64,000 bases of DNA, taken from the NCBI GenBank assembly GCA_002349525.1, contig DEDL01000032.1:60737-124736 (forward strand), in the 5' to 3' direction. The notes under the pieces are model-generated. The model was given only the letters and a program-made list of their open reading frames with translations. It was not told the DNA's origin and did not search any database. The position numbers were made by a program, and so were the translations under genes. The DNA comes from Lachnoclostridium sp. UBA2905. Its GTDB lineage: Bacteria; Bacillota; Clostridia; Lachnospirales; Lachnospiraceae. Within the stretch, counting starts at the first letter, position 1, and every line of letters starts with the position of its first letter. Of this stretch, positions 1 through 10,624 are shown one piece after another.

Positions 1-272
1 ACGTATTTTTGTCAGAAGAATTCTTTATTGAGGTCCTGCCATTTGGAGTTCATAAGGCGGCAGGTTTTCCTAAGCTTCTTGAAAGACTTGGCATTACAAA
101 GGATGAGCTTGTGTGCGTGGGTGATGGACTGAATGATGTCACCATGATTGAATATGCCGGCCTTGGTGTTGCTATGAAAAATGCCAATAAGGCCTTATTT
201 CTAGTGGCAGATTATGTGACGGATTCAAATGATGAGAATGGTGTTTTAAAGGTTATTGAGAAATTTTTCTAA
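1..272 (+). CDS. Cof-type HAD-IIB family hydrolase, C-terminal part (5' end outside window)
   Basis: HAD motif IV 'VGDGLNDVTMIEYAGLGVAMKNA' and C-terminal 'ADYVTDSNDENGV'; frame is open to the window edge. Confidence 0.85.
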   Translation, partial: VFLSEEFFIEVLPFGVHKAAGFPKLLERLGITKDELVCVGDGLNDVTMIEYAGLGVAMKNANKALFLVADYVTDSNDENGVLKVIEKFF

Positions 273-284
273 GGAGTTTTGCTT

Positions 285-2150
285 ATGTTTGTATTGGAGG
301 AGGAGCTTAAGAAGCTTCCGGATAAACCGGGAGTATATCTTATGCACGATAAAACCGGCACAATTATATATGTAGGAAAAGCAAGAGTACTTAAAAACAG
401 GGTCAGGCAGTATTTTCAGCCTGCCAGAAACGTTTCACCAAAAATAGAGCGAATGATAAGCCAGATAGCTTATTTTGAATATATAATTACGGATTCAGAA
501 ATGGAAGCTCTTGTTCTTGAGTGTAACCTTATTAAGGAACATTCACCCAAGTATAATACCATGCTTAAGGATGATAAGGGTTATCCATACATAAGAGCAA
601 CTGTGTATGAGGATTATCCACGGCTTTTATTTACCCACAACAGAAAGAAAGACAAGGCGAAATATTATGGACCATATACAAATGTTGGGGTAATGAAGGA
701 ATCACTGGAATTTTTGAGGAAGAATTTTAAGCTTCGCACCTGCAACAAAAATATAAACGGCTATAAAAAAGAGGGGCGGCCTTGCCTCTATTATCATATA
801 GGACAGTGCAGTGCACCATGCCAGGGGTACATTACCAATGAAGAATATATAAAAAACTTTAAAAGTGCTCTGGATGTTCTTGATGGTAATGTGACCAATG
901 TGGTAAATGAGCTTAAAGGCAAAATGGAGGAAGCAGCCGGGGAGCTTAAATTTGAAGAGGCTGCGACCTACAGGGACAAAATTGAAACTATAAAGAGAAT
1001 TGGATGCAGGCAGAAGGCTACAGACAGCGCTTATGAAGACAGGGATATTATTGCCATGGCATCTGCAGATGATGAGGCAGTTGTACAGGTGTTTTTTATA
1101 CGCTCCGGCAAAATGATTGGCAGGGAGCATCATTATATTACAGGCGTGGCTGGGGAAAAAACTGAAAATGTAATCGCATCATTTATAAAACAGTATTATC
1201 TTGACACACCATTTATTCCCAGAGAGCTTTTGCTGCCATGTGAGATTCCGGAATCAGAGCTGATAGAGGAATGGCTTACAAACAAAAAAGGACAGAAGGT
1301 ATATATTAAGACTCCTAAAAAAGGTGATAAGGGCAAGCTTGTGGAGCTTGCAAGAAAAAATGCAAGTCTTGTTCTTATACAGGATGGTGAACGTATCAGG
1401 AGAGAACAGGAGAGAACAATAGGAGCTATGAATGAACTTTCAAAGCTGTTGTCATTAGATGGTCTTGAGAGAGTTGAATCCTACGATATATCTAATATCA
1501 GTGGATTTGAAAGTGTAGGCTCAATGGTTGTATTTGAAAATGGAAAAGAGAAAAAGCATGATTACAGAAAGTTCCGTATACGTTCAGTAAAGGGACCGGA
1601 CGATTATGCATCCATGAGGGAAGTACTTACGAGACGTTTTGAACATGGTATAGAAGAAATGAAGGAAGCAGCCAAAAATCCTGAAATAGTAACAGGCAAA
1701 TTTTCTAATTTTCCTGATCTGATATTAATGGATGGTGGAAAAGGCCAGGTAAATATAGCATGTGAGGTTCTTGAAAAGTATGGACTTAATATTCCGGTAT
1801 GTGGTATGGTAAAAGATGATAATCACAGAACAAGAGGACTGTATTATAATAACGAAGAGATTCCTATGAAACGTAATTCGGAATGCTTCAGACTTGTAAC
1901 AAGAATTCAGGATGAGACCCACCGTTTTGCTATTGAATATCACCGTTCTTTAAGAAGTAAGGAACAGATTCACTCTATTCTTGATGATATTGAGGGAATT
2001 GGACCGGCAAGGCGAAAAAGTCTTATGAGACATTTTAAATCTATAGATGCCATAAAAGATGCATCTGTTGAAGAACTGACAGCTGTTGAAAAAATGAATG
2101 CAGAGGCTGCAAGGAAGGTATACGAATTTTTTAGAAAGCCGGATAACTGA
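285..2150 (+). CDS. uvrC: Excinuclease ABC subunit C
   Basis: GIY-YIG 'GVYLMHD...IIYVGKA', Cys-rich region, UVR coil, RNaseH-like 'ESYDISN', 'DGGKGQ', C-terminal HhH; AAGGAG RBS 8 nt before ATG285. Confidence 0.97.
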   Translation: MFVLEEELKKLPDKPGVYLMHDKTGTIIYVGKARVLKNRVRQYFQPARNVSPKIERMISQIAYFEYIITDSEMEALVLECNLIKEHSPKYNTMLKDDKGYPYIRATVYEDYPRLLFTHNRKKDKAKYYGPYTNVGVMKESLEFLRKNFKLRTCNKNINGYKKEGRPCLYYHIGQCSAPCQGYITNEEYIKNFKSALDVLDGNVTNVVNELKGKMEEAAGELKFEEAATYRDKIETIKRIGCRQKATDSAYEDRDIIAMASADDEAVVQVFFIRSGKMIGREHHYITGVAGEKTENVIASFIKQYYLDTPFIPRELLLPCEIPESELIEEWLTNKKGQKVYIKTPKKGDKGKLVELARKNASLVLIQDGERIRREQERTIGAMNELSKLLSLDGLERVESYDISNISGFESVGSMVVFENGKEKKHDYRKFRIRSVKGPDDYASMREVLTRRFEHGIEEMKEAAKNPEIVTGKFSNFPDLILMDGGKGQVNIACEVLEKYGLNIPVCGMVKDDNHRTRGLYYNNEEIPMKRNSECFRLVTRIQDETHRFAIEYHRSLRSKEQIHSILDDIEGIGPARRKSLMRHFKSIDAIKDASVEELTAVEKMNAEAARKVYEFFRKPDN

Positions 2151-2165
2151 TAAAATTTCAGAAAG

Positions 2166-4205
2166 ATGAGGAAATACAGTATGGATTTTTTGCCTGTTTG
2201 TAAGGAAGATATGAAAAAAAGAGGATGGAAACAGTGTGATTTTGTATATATATGTGGTGATGCATATGTGGACCATCCTTCATTTGGCATGTCTATTATT
2301 ACAAGGCTCTTAGAGGCGTATGGATATAAAGTGGGAATAATAGCCCAGCCTGACTGGAAGGATGAGAAAAGCATAACAATTCTTGGTGAACCAAGGCTGG
2401 CTTTTTTAGTGTCCGCAGGAAACATGGATTCTATGGTGAATCATTATACTGTTGCCAAAAAGCACAGAAGTGTTGATGCCTATACTCCCGGCGGAGTTAT
2501 GGGCAAACGTCCGGATTATGCAGTAACTGTATATGGTAATCTTATCAGAAGAGTGTATAAACATACACCAATTTTAATTGGTGGAATTGAAGCTAGTCTT
2601 AGAAGAATGGGACATTATGATTACTGGTCAGATAAGGTGAAACGTTCAGTTCTTCTTGATTCGGGTGCAGACATTCTTATGTACGGAATGGGAGAACATT
2701 CCATGGTTGAATTGGCAGAAGCCCTGGATTCAGGAATGGATGTAAAGGATATAACTTATGTGAGAGGAACCGTCTATAGAACAAAAAGAGAAAATGTTCC
2801 TTCAGACTCCATAATTCTTCCGGATTTTGAAACTATTAAAAATGATAAGAGAGCCTATGCCGAAAGCTACAGAATACAATATGAGAATACGGATGCATTT
2901 ACTGCAAAAACAATGACAGAAATATATCCACACGGCGTATGTGTAGTGCAGAATCAGCCTGCATATCCCCTTACTATGGATGAAATGGATGATGTTTATG
3001 CAAGAAATTATGTGGGAACCTATCATCCTTCCTATGAAAAGGCTGGTGGAGTTAGTGCCATAAATGAGATCAAATTCAGTATCACAAGCAACAGAGGTTG
3101 TTTTGGAGGATGTAATTTCTGTGCCCTTACATTTCATCAGGGAAGAATTGTCCAATGCAGAAGCCACAAATCCATTATACAAGAAGCGAAGCGCATGATT
3201 GCTGATCCGGAATTTAAGGGTTATATTCATGATATTGGAGGGCCAACAGCTAATTTCAGGGCTCCTTCCTGTGAGAAACAGCTTAAAAGCGGAGTGTGCA
3301 AAAATAAGCAGTGTTTATTCCCTAAACCATGTAAAAATCTTAAGGTCGACCACAGTGATTATGTGGAGCTGCTAAGAAAGGTCAGAAATCTTCCGGGTGT
3401 TAAAAAAGTATTTATCCGTTCGGGAATCAGATACGATTATGTTATGGCTGATAAGAAGCGCACCTTTCTTAATGAGATTGTAAAGTACCATATAAGCGGA
3501 CAGCTTCGTGTGGCACCTGAGCATGTATCACCAGCTGTGCTTAATCTTATGGGCAAGCCGTCAAATGATGTGTATAATAGCTTTTGTGATGAATATGTAA
3601 AGATTAACAAGAAGAGTGGAAAGGAACAGTACGTCATTCCATATCTTATGTCATCACATCCCGGCTCTCAGATTAAAGATGCCATTATGCTTGCTGAATA
3701 TATAAGAGACCTTGGATATATGCCGGAACAGGTACAGGACTTTTATCCGACACCTTCTACAGTATCAACCTGTATGTATTATACAGGTATCAATCCGCTT
3801 ACAATGGAAAAGGTTTATGTTCCTAAGAATCCTCATGAGAAGGCAATGCAGCGTGCACTTATACAGTACAAGAGACCGGAAAATTATGAGCTTGTTAAGG
3901 AAGCACTCTTAAAGGCAGGAAGACAGGATCTGATTGGTTTCGGGCCAAAATGTCTTATACCACCACGTAAGATGAAGAATACACAGGAACACTCTGCTTA
4001 CAATAAAGGAAATACAGGAAACAGAGGAAGCAAAGTAATTAAAAATAATAATAAAACCAATAATAAAAGCAATAATAAAAGCAATAATAAAACCAATAAT
4101 AAAAGCAATAATAAAACTAATAATAAAACCAATAATAAAACCAATAATAAGACCAACAATAAAACTAATACAAGAGGCATTGCTAAAAACAGAAATAAGA
4201 GATAG
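2166..4205 (+). CDS. ygiQ: YgiQ (UPF0313) family radical SAM protein with Asn/Lys-rich repeat tail
   Basis: 'GDAYVDHPSFG' N-terminus, CxxxCxxC 'CFGGCNFC', 'QVQDFYPTP'. Confidence 0.92.
   Translation: MRKYSMDFLPVCKEDMKKRGWKQCDFVYICGDAYVDHPSFGMSIITRLLEAYGYKVGIIAQPDWKDEKSITILGEPRLAFLVSAGNMDSMVNHYTVAKKHRSVDAYTPGGVMGKRPDYAVTVYGNLIRRVYKHTPILIGGIEASLRRMGHYDYWSDKVKRSVLLDSGADILMYGMGEHSMVELAEALDSGMDVKDITYVRGTVYRTKRENVPSDSIILPDFETIKNDKRAYAESYRIQYENTDAFTAKTMTEIYPHGVCVVQNQPAYPLTMDEMDDVYARNYVGTYHPSYEKAGGVSAINEIKFSITSNRGCFGGCNFCALTFHQGRIVQCRSHKSIIQEAKRMIADPEFKGYIHDIGGPTANFRAPSCEKQLKSGVCKNKQCLFPKPCKNLKVDHSDYVELLRKVRNLPGVKKVFIRSGIRYDYVMADKKRTFLNEIVKYHISGQLRVAPEHVSPAVLNLMGKPSNDVYNSFCDEYVKINKKSGKEQYVIPYLMSSHPGSQIKDAIMLAEYIRDLGYMPEQVQDFYPTPSTVSTCMYYTGINPLTMEKVYVPKNPHEKAMQRALIQYKRPENYELVKEALLKAGRQDLIGFGPKCLIPPRKMKNTQEHSAYNKGNTGNRGSKVIKNNNKTNNKSNNKSNNKTNNKSNNKTNNKTNNKTNNKTNNKTNTRGIAKNRNKR
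4047..4166 (+). repeat. In-frame 12-bp tandem repeat x10 (AATAATAAAA[C/G]N) encoding (NNK[T/S])10
   Basis: Counted directly in the sequence. Confidence 0.97.
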
Positions 4206-4318
4206 AGTGAGGTCAATGATAATTGCAAACTGCTTCATCTCCTGCACATATCAAGCCTATGTTCACTATTCATCTATTCATCAGGTGATGGCCTGACTCC
4301 ATTAATTTTGCAAATAAT

Positions 4319-4370
4319 AAAACTCCCCTTCAGATGACAATCATTTAAGAATCATTTGAAGGGGAGTTTT
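4319..4370. terminator. Bidirectional intrinsic terminator between convergent ygiQ and PBP1A
   Basis: AAAACTCCCCTTCA / TGAAGGGGAGTTTT perfect inverted repeat with A/T tails. Confidence 0.85.
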
Positions 4371-4402
4371 GTTATGGTTGTATTTGAATTAACAAATTGT
4401 AA

Positions 4403-4485
4403 GTAAATCTATTATAGGAAACCTATTATAGTAAATCAATTACAGTAAATCTGTTACAGTAAATCTGTTACAGGTAAATCAGTTA
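4403..4485. repeat. Degenerate 14-bp tandem array (GTAAATCTGTTACA consensus), about 6 units
   Basis: Units gtaaatctattata, ggaaacctattata, gtaaatcaattaca, gtaaatctgttaca x2, ggtaaatcagtta. Confidence 0.9.
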
Positions 4486-4557
4486 TTCTTCAGCGGTGTT
4501 AACAGATGCTTCAACATCAGATGACTCTGAACCCGAATTATCATCTACATTGGTTTC

Positions 4558-7098
4558 CTAATCCGAAGCTTTATCTGTTTTGTTAACCTTAGCCTCAACA
4601 TCAGATGGTGTTTTTTCTGACTTATTAGTTACTTTTTGTGAAGTGTTGTCAGATTTTTTGGTGCCTGATGTGCTTGAGTTGGTTGAATTCGTAGAGTCAG
4701 TAGTTTCTGCTGTTGTATTGTTCTTCTTCTGTGAATGGCATGTGCAGTATTCTGTTGGCGCATTGTTATCAGTAAATATTTCCTTCTTTACGGCGCCGGC
4801 AGCTTTACATGCATCTGTTGCAAGCTTTCCACAGGAGGTACATATATATGTCTGTTTTGTGGATTCAGGAACTTCAAAATCAGTTTTTTCAAGCTGCTTA
4901 AAGCTGTGTACCTGTTCCATAATGGTTTTCCATATAGTTTTGTGATAGGTTGTATCGGCCTGATTCTTATTAAGGTCCCATCCACCCCATATACCGGCTG
5001 TATAGTATGGTGTAAAGCCTTCAAACCAAAGGTCGATATCGTTAGAGGTTGTACCTGTTTTTCCTGCCTCAGGCATATCAATTGCAGTGAAGCGGGCAGG
5101 TTTACCAGTTCCTTTTGTAACAACATCCTGCATTGCCTCTGTTAACAGGTAGGCTGTAGTGTCTTTGAAAACCTGGCGTGTTTCAGGCTTTTTCTCAATG
5201 AGCACGTTGCCGTCATGGTCAACGATTTTGGTATATAAAACAGGCTCTGTGTATACTCCCATATTGGCAATTGAGGCATATGCAGCTGTAAGCTCTATAT
5301 TGGTAACACCATCTGTAAGACCACCAAGAGCCATTGGAAGCTGGATGTCTGAGAATGTTTTACCATTCTTGTCTGTTCTTGAATCAACAAGTGTTGTAAA
5401 TCCAAGGTTGAGAAGATAATCATATGCAACCTTAGGTGTAACCTTTTCAAGAGTCTTAACGGCAATAACATTCATGGAATCTATGATTGCCTGTCTGAGT
5501 GTTGTCTTTCCACGGAAAGAAGAACGGTTCCAGTTACGTACCTCCTTATTGGTTCCAGGATAGAAATATTTCTCATCAACTTCTGTGCTTGAAAGAGTCA
5601 TGCCTGCTGTATCAAAGGCAGGAAGATAAGTTGATACAATTTTAAAGGTTGAACCAGGCTGTCTGAGAGAATCAGTAGCACGGTTAAGTGTACGTGTGGC
5701 AAGCTTTTTGCCACGACCTCCAACAAGGGCCTGAACCTGACCTGTATGCTGGTCCATAAGTACAAAGCTTACCTGTGGCTGAAGAATAAAATTAAGATTT
5801 TCTCCTGCAATTTCTCCACCCTTTTTAAGAATGTGTTTTCTGTATTTTTTGACATATGACTTGGCAAGCTTCTTGTCAGTAAAGTATATGTCAAATGCCG
5901 CGTTTTTCTTTAAATACCAGGCTTTAAGTGTCTGTTCATTGTAGTTGCTCTGGCTTCCATCAGGATTATTGATAGTAAGCTGATATGAAAGCTGGAACTC
6001 AGAGTTTGAAGGATAATATGAAGGATCATTTGTAATTGTGTCACATATATTCTGAAGATCCTTATCCTGCGTTGAATATATTGAAAGTCCGCCACGGTAA
6101 AGTGCATTGTAGGCCTGGGTTTCTGTATATCCAAGATCTTCCTTAAGGTCCTTCATAACCTGTTCATAAAGCGCATCATTAAAATATGATGAAACTGATT
6201 CGTTCTGTGATGAAGAATATCCCTCGTTGTGCTTTGCAATACGATCATAAACATTATCTGCCATTGCCTCGTTGTACTGGGCTTCATCTATATAACCCTG
6301 TTCACGCATGTAATCAAGTACAATGCTACGTTTAGCATTATTGTCCTCAGGATGTGTAATAGGGTTGTAGGCTGAAGGGTTCTGGGTGATTCCGGCAATA
6401 ACACTTGCCTCTGAAAGTGTAAGCTCAGAAACCTTTTTACCGAAATATCTTAATGAGGCAGCCTGTACACCCAAAGTATTCTGACTTAAGTTAATTGTAT
6501 TAAGGTAATATTCAAGAATAGTATTCTTGTCAAGTACCTGCTCTAACTGTATTGCCAGGTACTGCTCCTGAATTTTACGCTGAATTTTGGCAAGGTCAGA
6601 TTTCTCTGAGCCACCATTAAATACAGTATTTTTAAGAAGCTGCTGTGTTATGGTACTGGCTCCCTGACTAAGGTCGCCGTGTGTAAGAGTATTCTGTGCC
6701 GCTCTTAAAATACCACGTACGTCAATACCATCATGTTCCCTGAAACGTTCATCCTCGATTGCAATAAATGCATTCTGTACAACATCAGGTATCTCACTTA
6801 ATGGAACATAAATACGGTTTGCATTCTGTCCTATAAGAGTCTGTGTCAGATTCCCCTGGGAATCATAAATTTTTGTTGAATAACCTTCCGGGGAAACATC
6901 AATAGTATCAATGCTTGGCGCAGTATCAATAATTCCACGCAGAACACCCAGACTTGCCATTATGCCGCAGACCATAACAGTTACAAATAACACAAGAATT
7001 ATTCGAAGTGACATTACGCTTGCCTTTGACATCATACGTCTCCCGGAAGCTGTAAGTTCTTTCTGCTTTGCGGCAATGGATTTTTTATTATAATTCAT
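4558..7098 (-). CDS. Class A penicillin-binding protein (PBP1A family, transglycosylase/transpeptidase)
   Basis: TG motifs 'AIEDERF', 'GASTITQQL', 'LEYYLNTI'; TP motifs 'PGSTFK' (SxxK), 'SMN', 'KTGT'; N-terminal TM; start set to ATG7098 after GGAGTG. Confidence 0.95.
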   Translation of the reverse strand: MNYNKKSIAAKQKELTASGRRMMSKASVMSLRIILVLFVTVMVCGIMASLGVLRGIIDTAPSIDTIDVSPEGYSTKIYDSQGNLTQTLIGQNANRIYVPLSEIPDVVQNAFIAIEDERFREHDGIDVRGILRAAQNTLTHGDLSQGASTITQQLLKNTVFNGGSEKSDLAKIQRKIQEQYLAIQLEQVLDKNTILEYYLNTINLSQNTLGVQAASLRYFGKKVSELTLSEASVIAGITQNPSAYNPITHPEDNNAKRSIVLDYMREQGYIDEAQYNEAMADNVYDRIAKHNEGYSSSQNESVSSYFNDALYEQVMKDLKEDLGYTETQAYNALYRGGLSIYSTQDKDLQNICDTITNDPSYYPSNSEFQLSYQLTINNPDGSQSNYNEQTLKAWYLKKNAAFDIYFTDKKLAKSYVKKYRKHILKKGGEIAGENLNFILQPQVSFVLMDQHTGQVQALVGGRGKKLATRTLNRATDSLRQPGSTFKIVSTYLPAFDTAGMTLSSTEVDEKYFYPGTNKEVRNWNRSSFRGKTTLRQAIIDSMNVIAVKTLEKVTPKVAYDYLLNLGFTTLVDSRTDKNGKTFSDIQLPMALGGLTDGVTNIELTAAYASIANMGVYTEPVLYTKIVDHDGNVLIEKKPETRQVFKDTTAYLLTEAMQDVVTKGTGKPARFTAIDMPEAGKTGTTSNDIDLWFEGFTPYYTAGIWGGWDLNKNQADTTYHKTIWKTIMEQVHSFKQLEKTDFEVPESTKQTYICTSCGKLATDACKAAGAVKKEIFTDNNAPTEYCTCHSQKKNNTTAETTDSTNSTNSSTSGTKKSDNTSQKVTNKSEKTPSDVEAKVNKTDKASD

Positions 7099-7385
7099 GA
7101 AAATAACCACACTCCATTCATAATAAGCGCATAGATAAAGATTATTATACCAAATGTAAAGAATATGTGCAATACGAAATACTTGAATCACTATCAGCAC
7201 TCACTATCCGCGTACAGCGCACAGCGCGTACAGTTTTATAATGGAGTTTTGAACAGGTATGTGTTATTATATCAGATATGAGATGACACATATGAAAATG
7301 AAGCATATGTCAGCTTATGCTGATCAGAATCACGCACCAGGTCTTGTGTGCGTTTTATTTGAATTGATAAAATGGAGGTAAATAA

Positions 7386-8048
7386 GTGGCTAGTGCTTAT
7401 AAAATCGTATATAAAGGCGGAACAGGAGAAATAGTTGAAAAAAAGTCAAGGTTTATTGCCAATGTATTTCCTGTAACCGATGAGGAAGAAGCCCTTTCAA
7501 TTATAGAACAGACTAAGAAAAAATATTGGGATGCAAGGCATAACTGCTACGCATATATCATTGGAGAAGATGGCAGGTATCAAAGATGCAGTGATGATGG
7601 TGAACCACAGGGTACGGCGGGAAGGCCAATGCTTGATGTTATTGCTGGAGAGAAGTTATGTAACGTGCTCGTTATAGTAACAAGATATTTTGGCGGAACA
7701 CTTCTTGGAACAGGAGGACTTGTAAGGGCATATTCACAGTCAGTACGAGCCGGTATTGACGCCAGCCAGATCGTACTTAAGTCACCGGCAAGGGAAGTTC
7801 ATATATATACCGATTACAACGGTGCAGGAAAGCTGCAGTATATTATGTCCACCAATGATATTAATGTACTTGATACCATATATACAGACAAGGTGGAGAT
7901 GATTGCCCTTGTTCCGGAAGATATGTATGGAACAATAGAAAGTAAGGTGAATGAAGCTACATCAGCATCAGCTCTCATGGAGGATGCAGGAGAGATATGG
8001 TACGCCATACTTGCAGATAAAAGTGTACATGTATTCAGTGAAGATTGA
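7386..8048 (+). CDS. yigZ: YigZ/IMPACT family protein
   Basis: 'KKSRFIA', 'ARHNCYAY', 'SDDGEPQGTAG', 'RYFGGTLLGTGGLVRAY'; GGAGG RBS before GTG. Confidence 0.95.
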   Translation: MASAYKIVYKGGTGEIVEKKSRFIANVFPVTDEEEALSIIEQTKKKYWDARHNCYAYIIGEDGRYQRCSDDGEPQGTAGRPMLDVIAGEKLCNVLVIVTRYFGGTLLGTGGLVRAYSQSVRAGIDASQIVLKSPAREVHIYTDYNGAGKLQYIMSTNDINVLDTIYTDKVEMIALVPEDMYGTIESKVNEATSASALMEDAGEIWYAILADKSVHVFSED

Positions 8049-8098
8049 TGATTTATGGATTTATCTGATATTATTCTATGGAAAATGGAGTGAATGTT

Positions 8099-9415
8099 AT
8101 GGATTTATTTGAATATATGAGTGAAACGAGAAAGGAAAAAGAATCACCACTGGCATCAAGAATGCGTCCTACAATTCTTGAAGACGTGGTTGGACAACAG
8201 CATATTATAGGTAAAGATAAGCTTTTGTACAGAGCTATAAAAGCAGACAAATTAAGCTCTGTAATATTTTATGGACCGCCGGGAACAGGAAAGACTACCC
8301 TTGCCAGGGTTATAGCTAATACCACCAGTTCAAAATTCACACAGATAAATGCTACCTCAGCCGGCAAGAAGGATATGGAAGAGGTTGTAAAGGCTGCAAA
8401 GGATAATCTTGGAATGTTTGGAGCCAAGACAATACTTTTTATTGATGAGATTCACAGGTTCAACAAGGGGCAGCAGGATTATTTACTTCCATATGTAGAG
8501 GATGGAACAATTATTCTTATTGGGGCAACAACGGAAAATCCTTATTTTGAGGTGAATGGGGCACTTTTATCCAGATCTCAGATTTTTGAACTTAAACCCC
8601 TTACAGTGGATGATATTAAAATACTTCTTCACAGGGCCGTATATGATAAGGAAAAGGGAATGGGCTCATTTAATGCGGCAATAGATGATGATGCCCTGAC
8701 ATTTCTTGCTGAAGCTGCAAACGGTGATGCAAGAAATGCTCTGAATGCTCTTGAAATAGGAGTGCTTACAACCAATCCTTCAGAAGACAAGGTTATACAC
8801 ATAACATTAGATATTGCGTCTGAATGTATCCAGAAAAGGGTTCTTAAATATGACAAAAAGGGTGATAACCATTATGATACCATATCAGCCTTTATAAAAA
8901 GTATGAGGGGGTCTGACCCGGATGCGGCAGTATATTATCTGGCCAGGATGCTGAATGCAGGAGAAGAACCGGCCTTTATTGCAAGACGGATTATGATATG
9001 TGCTGCTGAGGATGTGTCCAATGCGGATCCCAATGCGCTTGTTGTGGCAACCCAGGCTTCTCTTGCTGTAGAAAGACTTGGTATGCCGGAGGGAAGAATT
9101 GTGCTTGCCCAGGCGGCGGCCTATGTTGCCTGCGCACCTAAAAGTAATTCGGCAATATGTGCCATAGATGCGGCAATGGCGGCGGCAGCAAATGACAGTG
9201 GAGTTACTATTCCGGCTCATTTAAGAGACGCCCACTATCCGGGAGCACAAAAATTAGGGCATGGAACAGAATACAAATATGCCCATGCCTATGATAAACA
9301 TTATGTTGACCAGCAGTATCTGCCTGACAAATATGCTGGTACTCATTTTTATAATCCATCGGATAATGGATATGAAAAACAGCAGCAAAACTACCTTAAA
9401 TGGATTAAGGAATGA
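8099..9415 (+). CDS. rarA: Replication-associated recombination protein A (RarA/MgsA AAA+ ATPase)
   Basis: 'PLASRMRP', Walker A GPPGTGKT, 'DEIHRFNK', 'GATTENP', 'SAFIKSMRGSDPDAA'. Confidence 0.96.
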   Translation: MDLFEYMSETRKEKESPLASRMRPTILEDVVGQQHIIGKDKLLYRAIKADKLSSVIFYGPPGTGKTTLARVIANTTSSKFTQINATSAGKKDMEEVVKAAKDNLGMFGAKTILFIDEIHRFNKGQQDYLLPYVEDGTIILIGATTENPYFEVNGALLSRSQIFELKPLTVDDIKILLHRAVYDKEKGMGSFNAAIDDDALTFLAEAANGDARNALNALEIGVLTTNPSEDKVIHITLDIASECIQKRVLKYDKKGDNHYDTISAFIKSMRGSDPDAAVYYLARMLNAGEEPAFIARRIMICAAEDVSNADPNALVVATQASLAVERLGMPEGRIVLAQAAAYVACAPKSNSAICAIDAAMAAAANDSGVTIPAHLRDAHYPGAQKLGHGTEYKYAHAYDKHYVDQQYLPDKYAGTHFYNPSDNGYEKQQQNYLKWIKE

Positions 9416-9485
9416 CTATATTTTATATATTAGCAGGAAGAGAAGCAGCCTGCCAATATCATTGACATATCAGTTTATAGTCAGA

Positions 9486-9764
9486 TTAGTGGTCAGATTC
9501 AGTTCCTTCATCACTGTCTGCTTCACTGCCTTCTTTGATCGCTTTGTTAATCATGTCTCTGTTTTCTTCTGCACGTTTTTTCTGGTGTTTGTATATCATC
9601 AGATAAACGTACATGTAAACAGGAATAACAAATGTTGCCAGGAGACTTGCCTTAAAAAGACCTGGTGTTGCTGCGGATGTGAAGATTGCTGATATAAATG
9701 TTGCCAGGTAAAGACCAGCAAGAACAGCTATTAGAAAAATTGCAATGAATCGTTTGAATTTCAT
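9486..9764 (-). CDS. Small hypothetical membrane protein (2 TM plus charged tail, 92 aa)
   Basis: GGAGG RBS before ATG9764; two hydrophobic stretches followed by a basic then acidic tail. Confidence 0.75.
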   Translation of the reverse strand: MKFKRFIAIFLIAVLAGLYLATFISAIFTSAATPGLFKASLLATFVIPVYMYVYLMIYKHQKKRAEENRDMINKAIKEGSEADSDEGTESDH

Positions 9765-9929
9765 GCTTAATACCTCCGGTGGGATGTTATATAATATCCT
9801 AATTATCATATCAGAAGAAGTTGTTAACAGCAACTTTTTTATCAAATATTTATAACACAGATAAGTGAAAAAATGATATGATGAGAACATAACTGTGATA
9901 AGATATTCAATGATTTGAAATTGGAGATT

Positions 9930-10610
9930 ATGGAAAAGAAAGTAATATTATTTGACCTTGACGGAACACTTACAGATTCCGCTGATGGTATTATAAAAAG
10001 TGTAAGCTATGCTCTTTCCAAAATGGGAATAGAACATAATCCTGAAGAGCTTGTATGCTTCGTTGGACCACCTCTTATGGATTCATTTATGACATTTTAC
10101 AAAATGGATGAGACCCAGAGCAGGGAGGCAATAAGACTTTACAGGGAAAGATATGGTGTGACAGGAATATTTGAGAATAGAATGTATGAAGATGTTCCTG
10201 AAACCATGAATAAACTTTTGAATGATGGCTACAGACTTGGTATAGCCACATGTAAGCCTGAAAAATTTGCAAAAATAGTCTGTGATAAATTTGATATGAC
10301 AAAGTATTTTGAAGCAATATGCGGTACGGCAATGGATTCCGGTGTACAGACCACCAAGGCGGAGGTTATAGCTGATGCTCTTGGAAGACTTGGCGTGAGT
10401 GCTTCGGAGACTGTCATGGTTGGTGACAGACATCATGATATTGAAGGGGCGAAAAGCCACAATATGACCAGTGTGGGAGTTACTTATGGATATGCCAGAG
10501 CCGGGGAGCTTGAGAGTGCCGGAGCAGATTATATAATTGATTCCCTAAAGGAGCTTACTGATCGGGAACTGATAACAAGAATTTGTCATGCACGATTTAA
10601 CGTATTATAA
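9930..10610 (+). CDS. HAD-IA family hydrolase (phosphoglycolate phosphatase/nucleotidase-like)
   Basis: 'FDLDGTLTDS', 'IATCK', 'MVGDRHHDIEGA'. Confidence 0.9.
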   Translation: MEKKVILFDLDGTLTDSADGIIKSVSYALSKMGIEHNPEELVCFVGPPLMDSFMTFYKMDETQSREAIRLYRERYGVTGIFENRMYEDVPETMNKLLNDGYRLGIATCKPEKFAKIVCDKFDMTKYFEAICGTAMDSGVQTTKAEVIADALGRLGVSASETVMVGDRHHDIEGAKSHNMTSVGVTYGYARAGELESAGADYIIDSLKELTDRELITRICHARFNVL

Positions 10611-10624
10611 GGGTTGTGATATTT

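Noticed and set aside
3909-4247. Antisense ORFs 3909-4247 and 3998-4228 with poly-Leu/Ile 'TM-like' sequence
   Set aside because: Shadows of the AATAATAAAACC repeat in ygiQ; no RBS.
4206-4337. 43 open codons after the ygiQ TAG (possible amber recoding)
   Set aside because: The peptide is not protein-like, and TAG stops of the GDPD, nadC, thioesterase and sbcC genes are followed quickly by other stops, so TAG acts as a normal stop.
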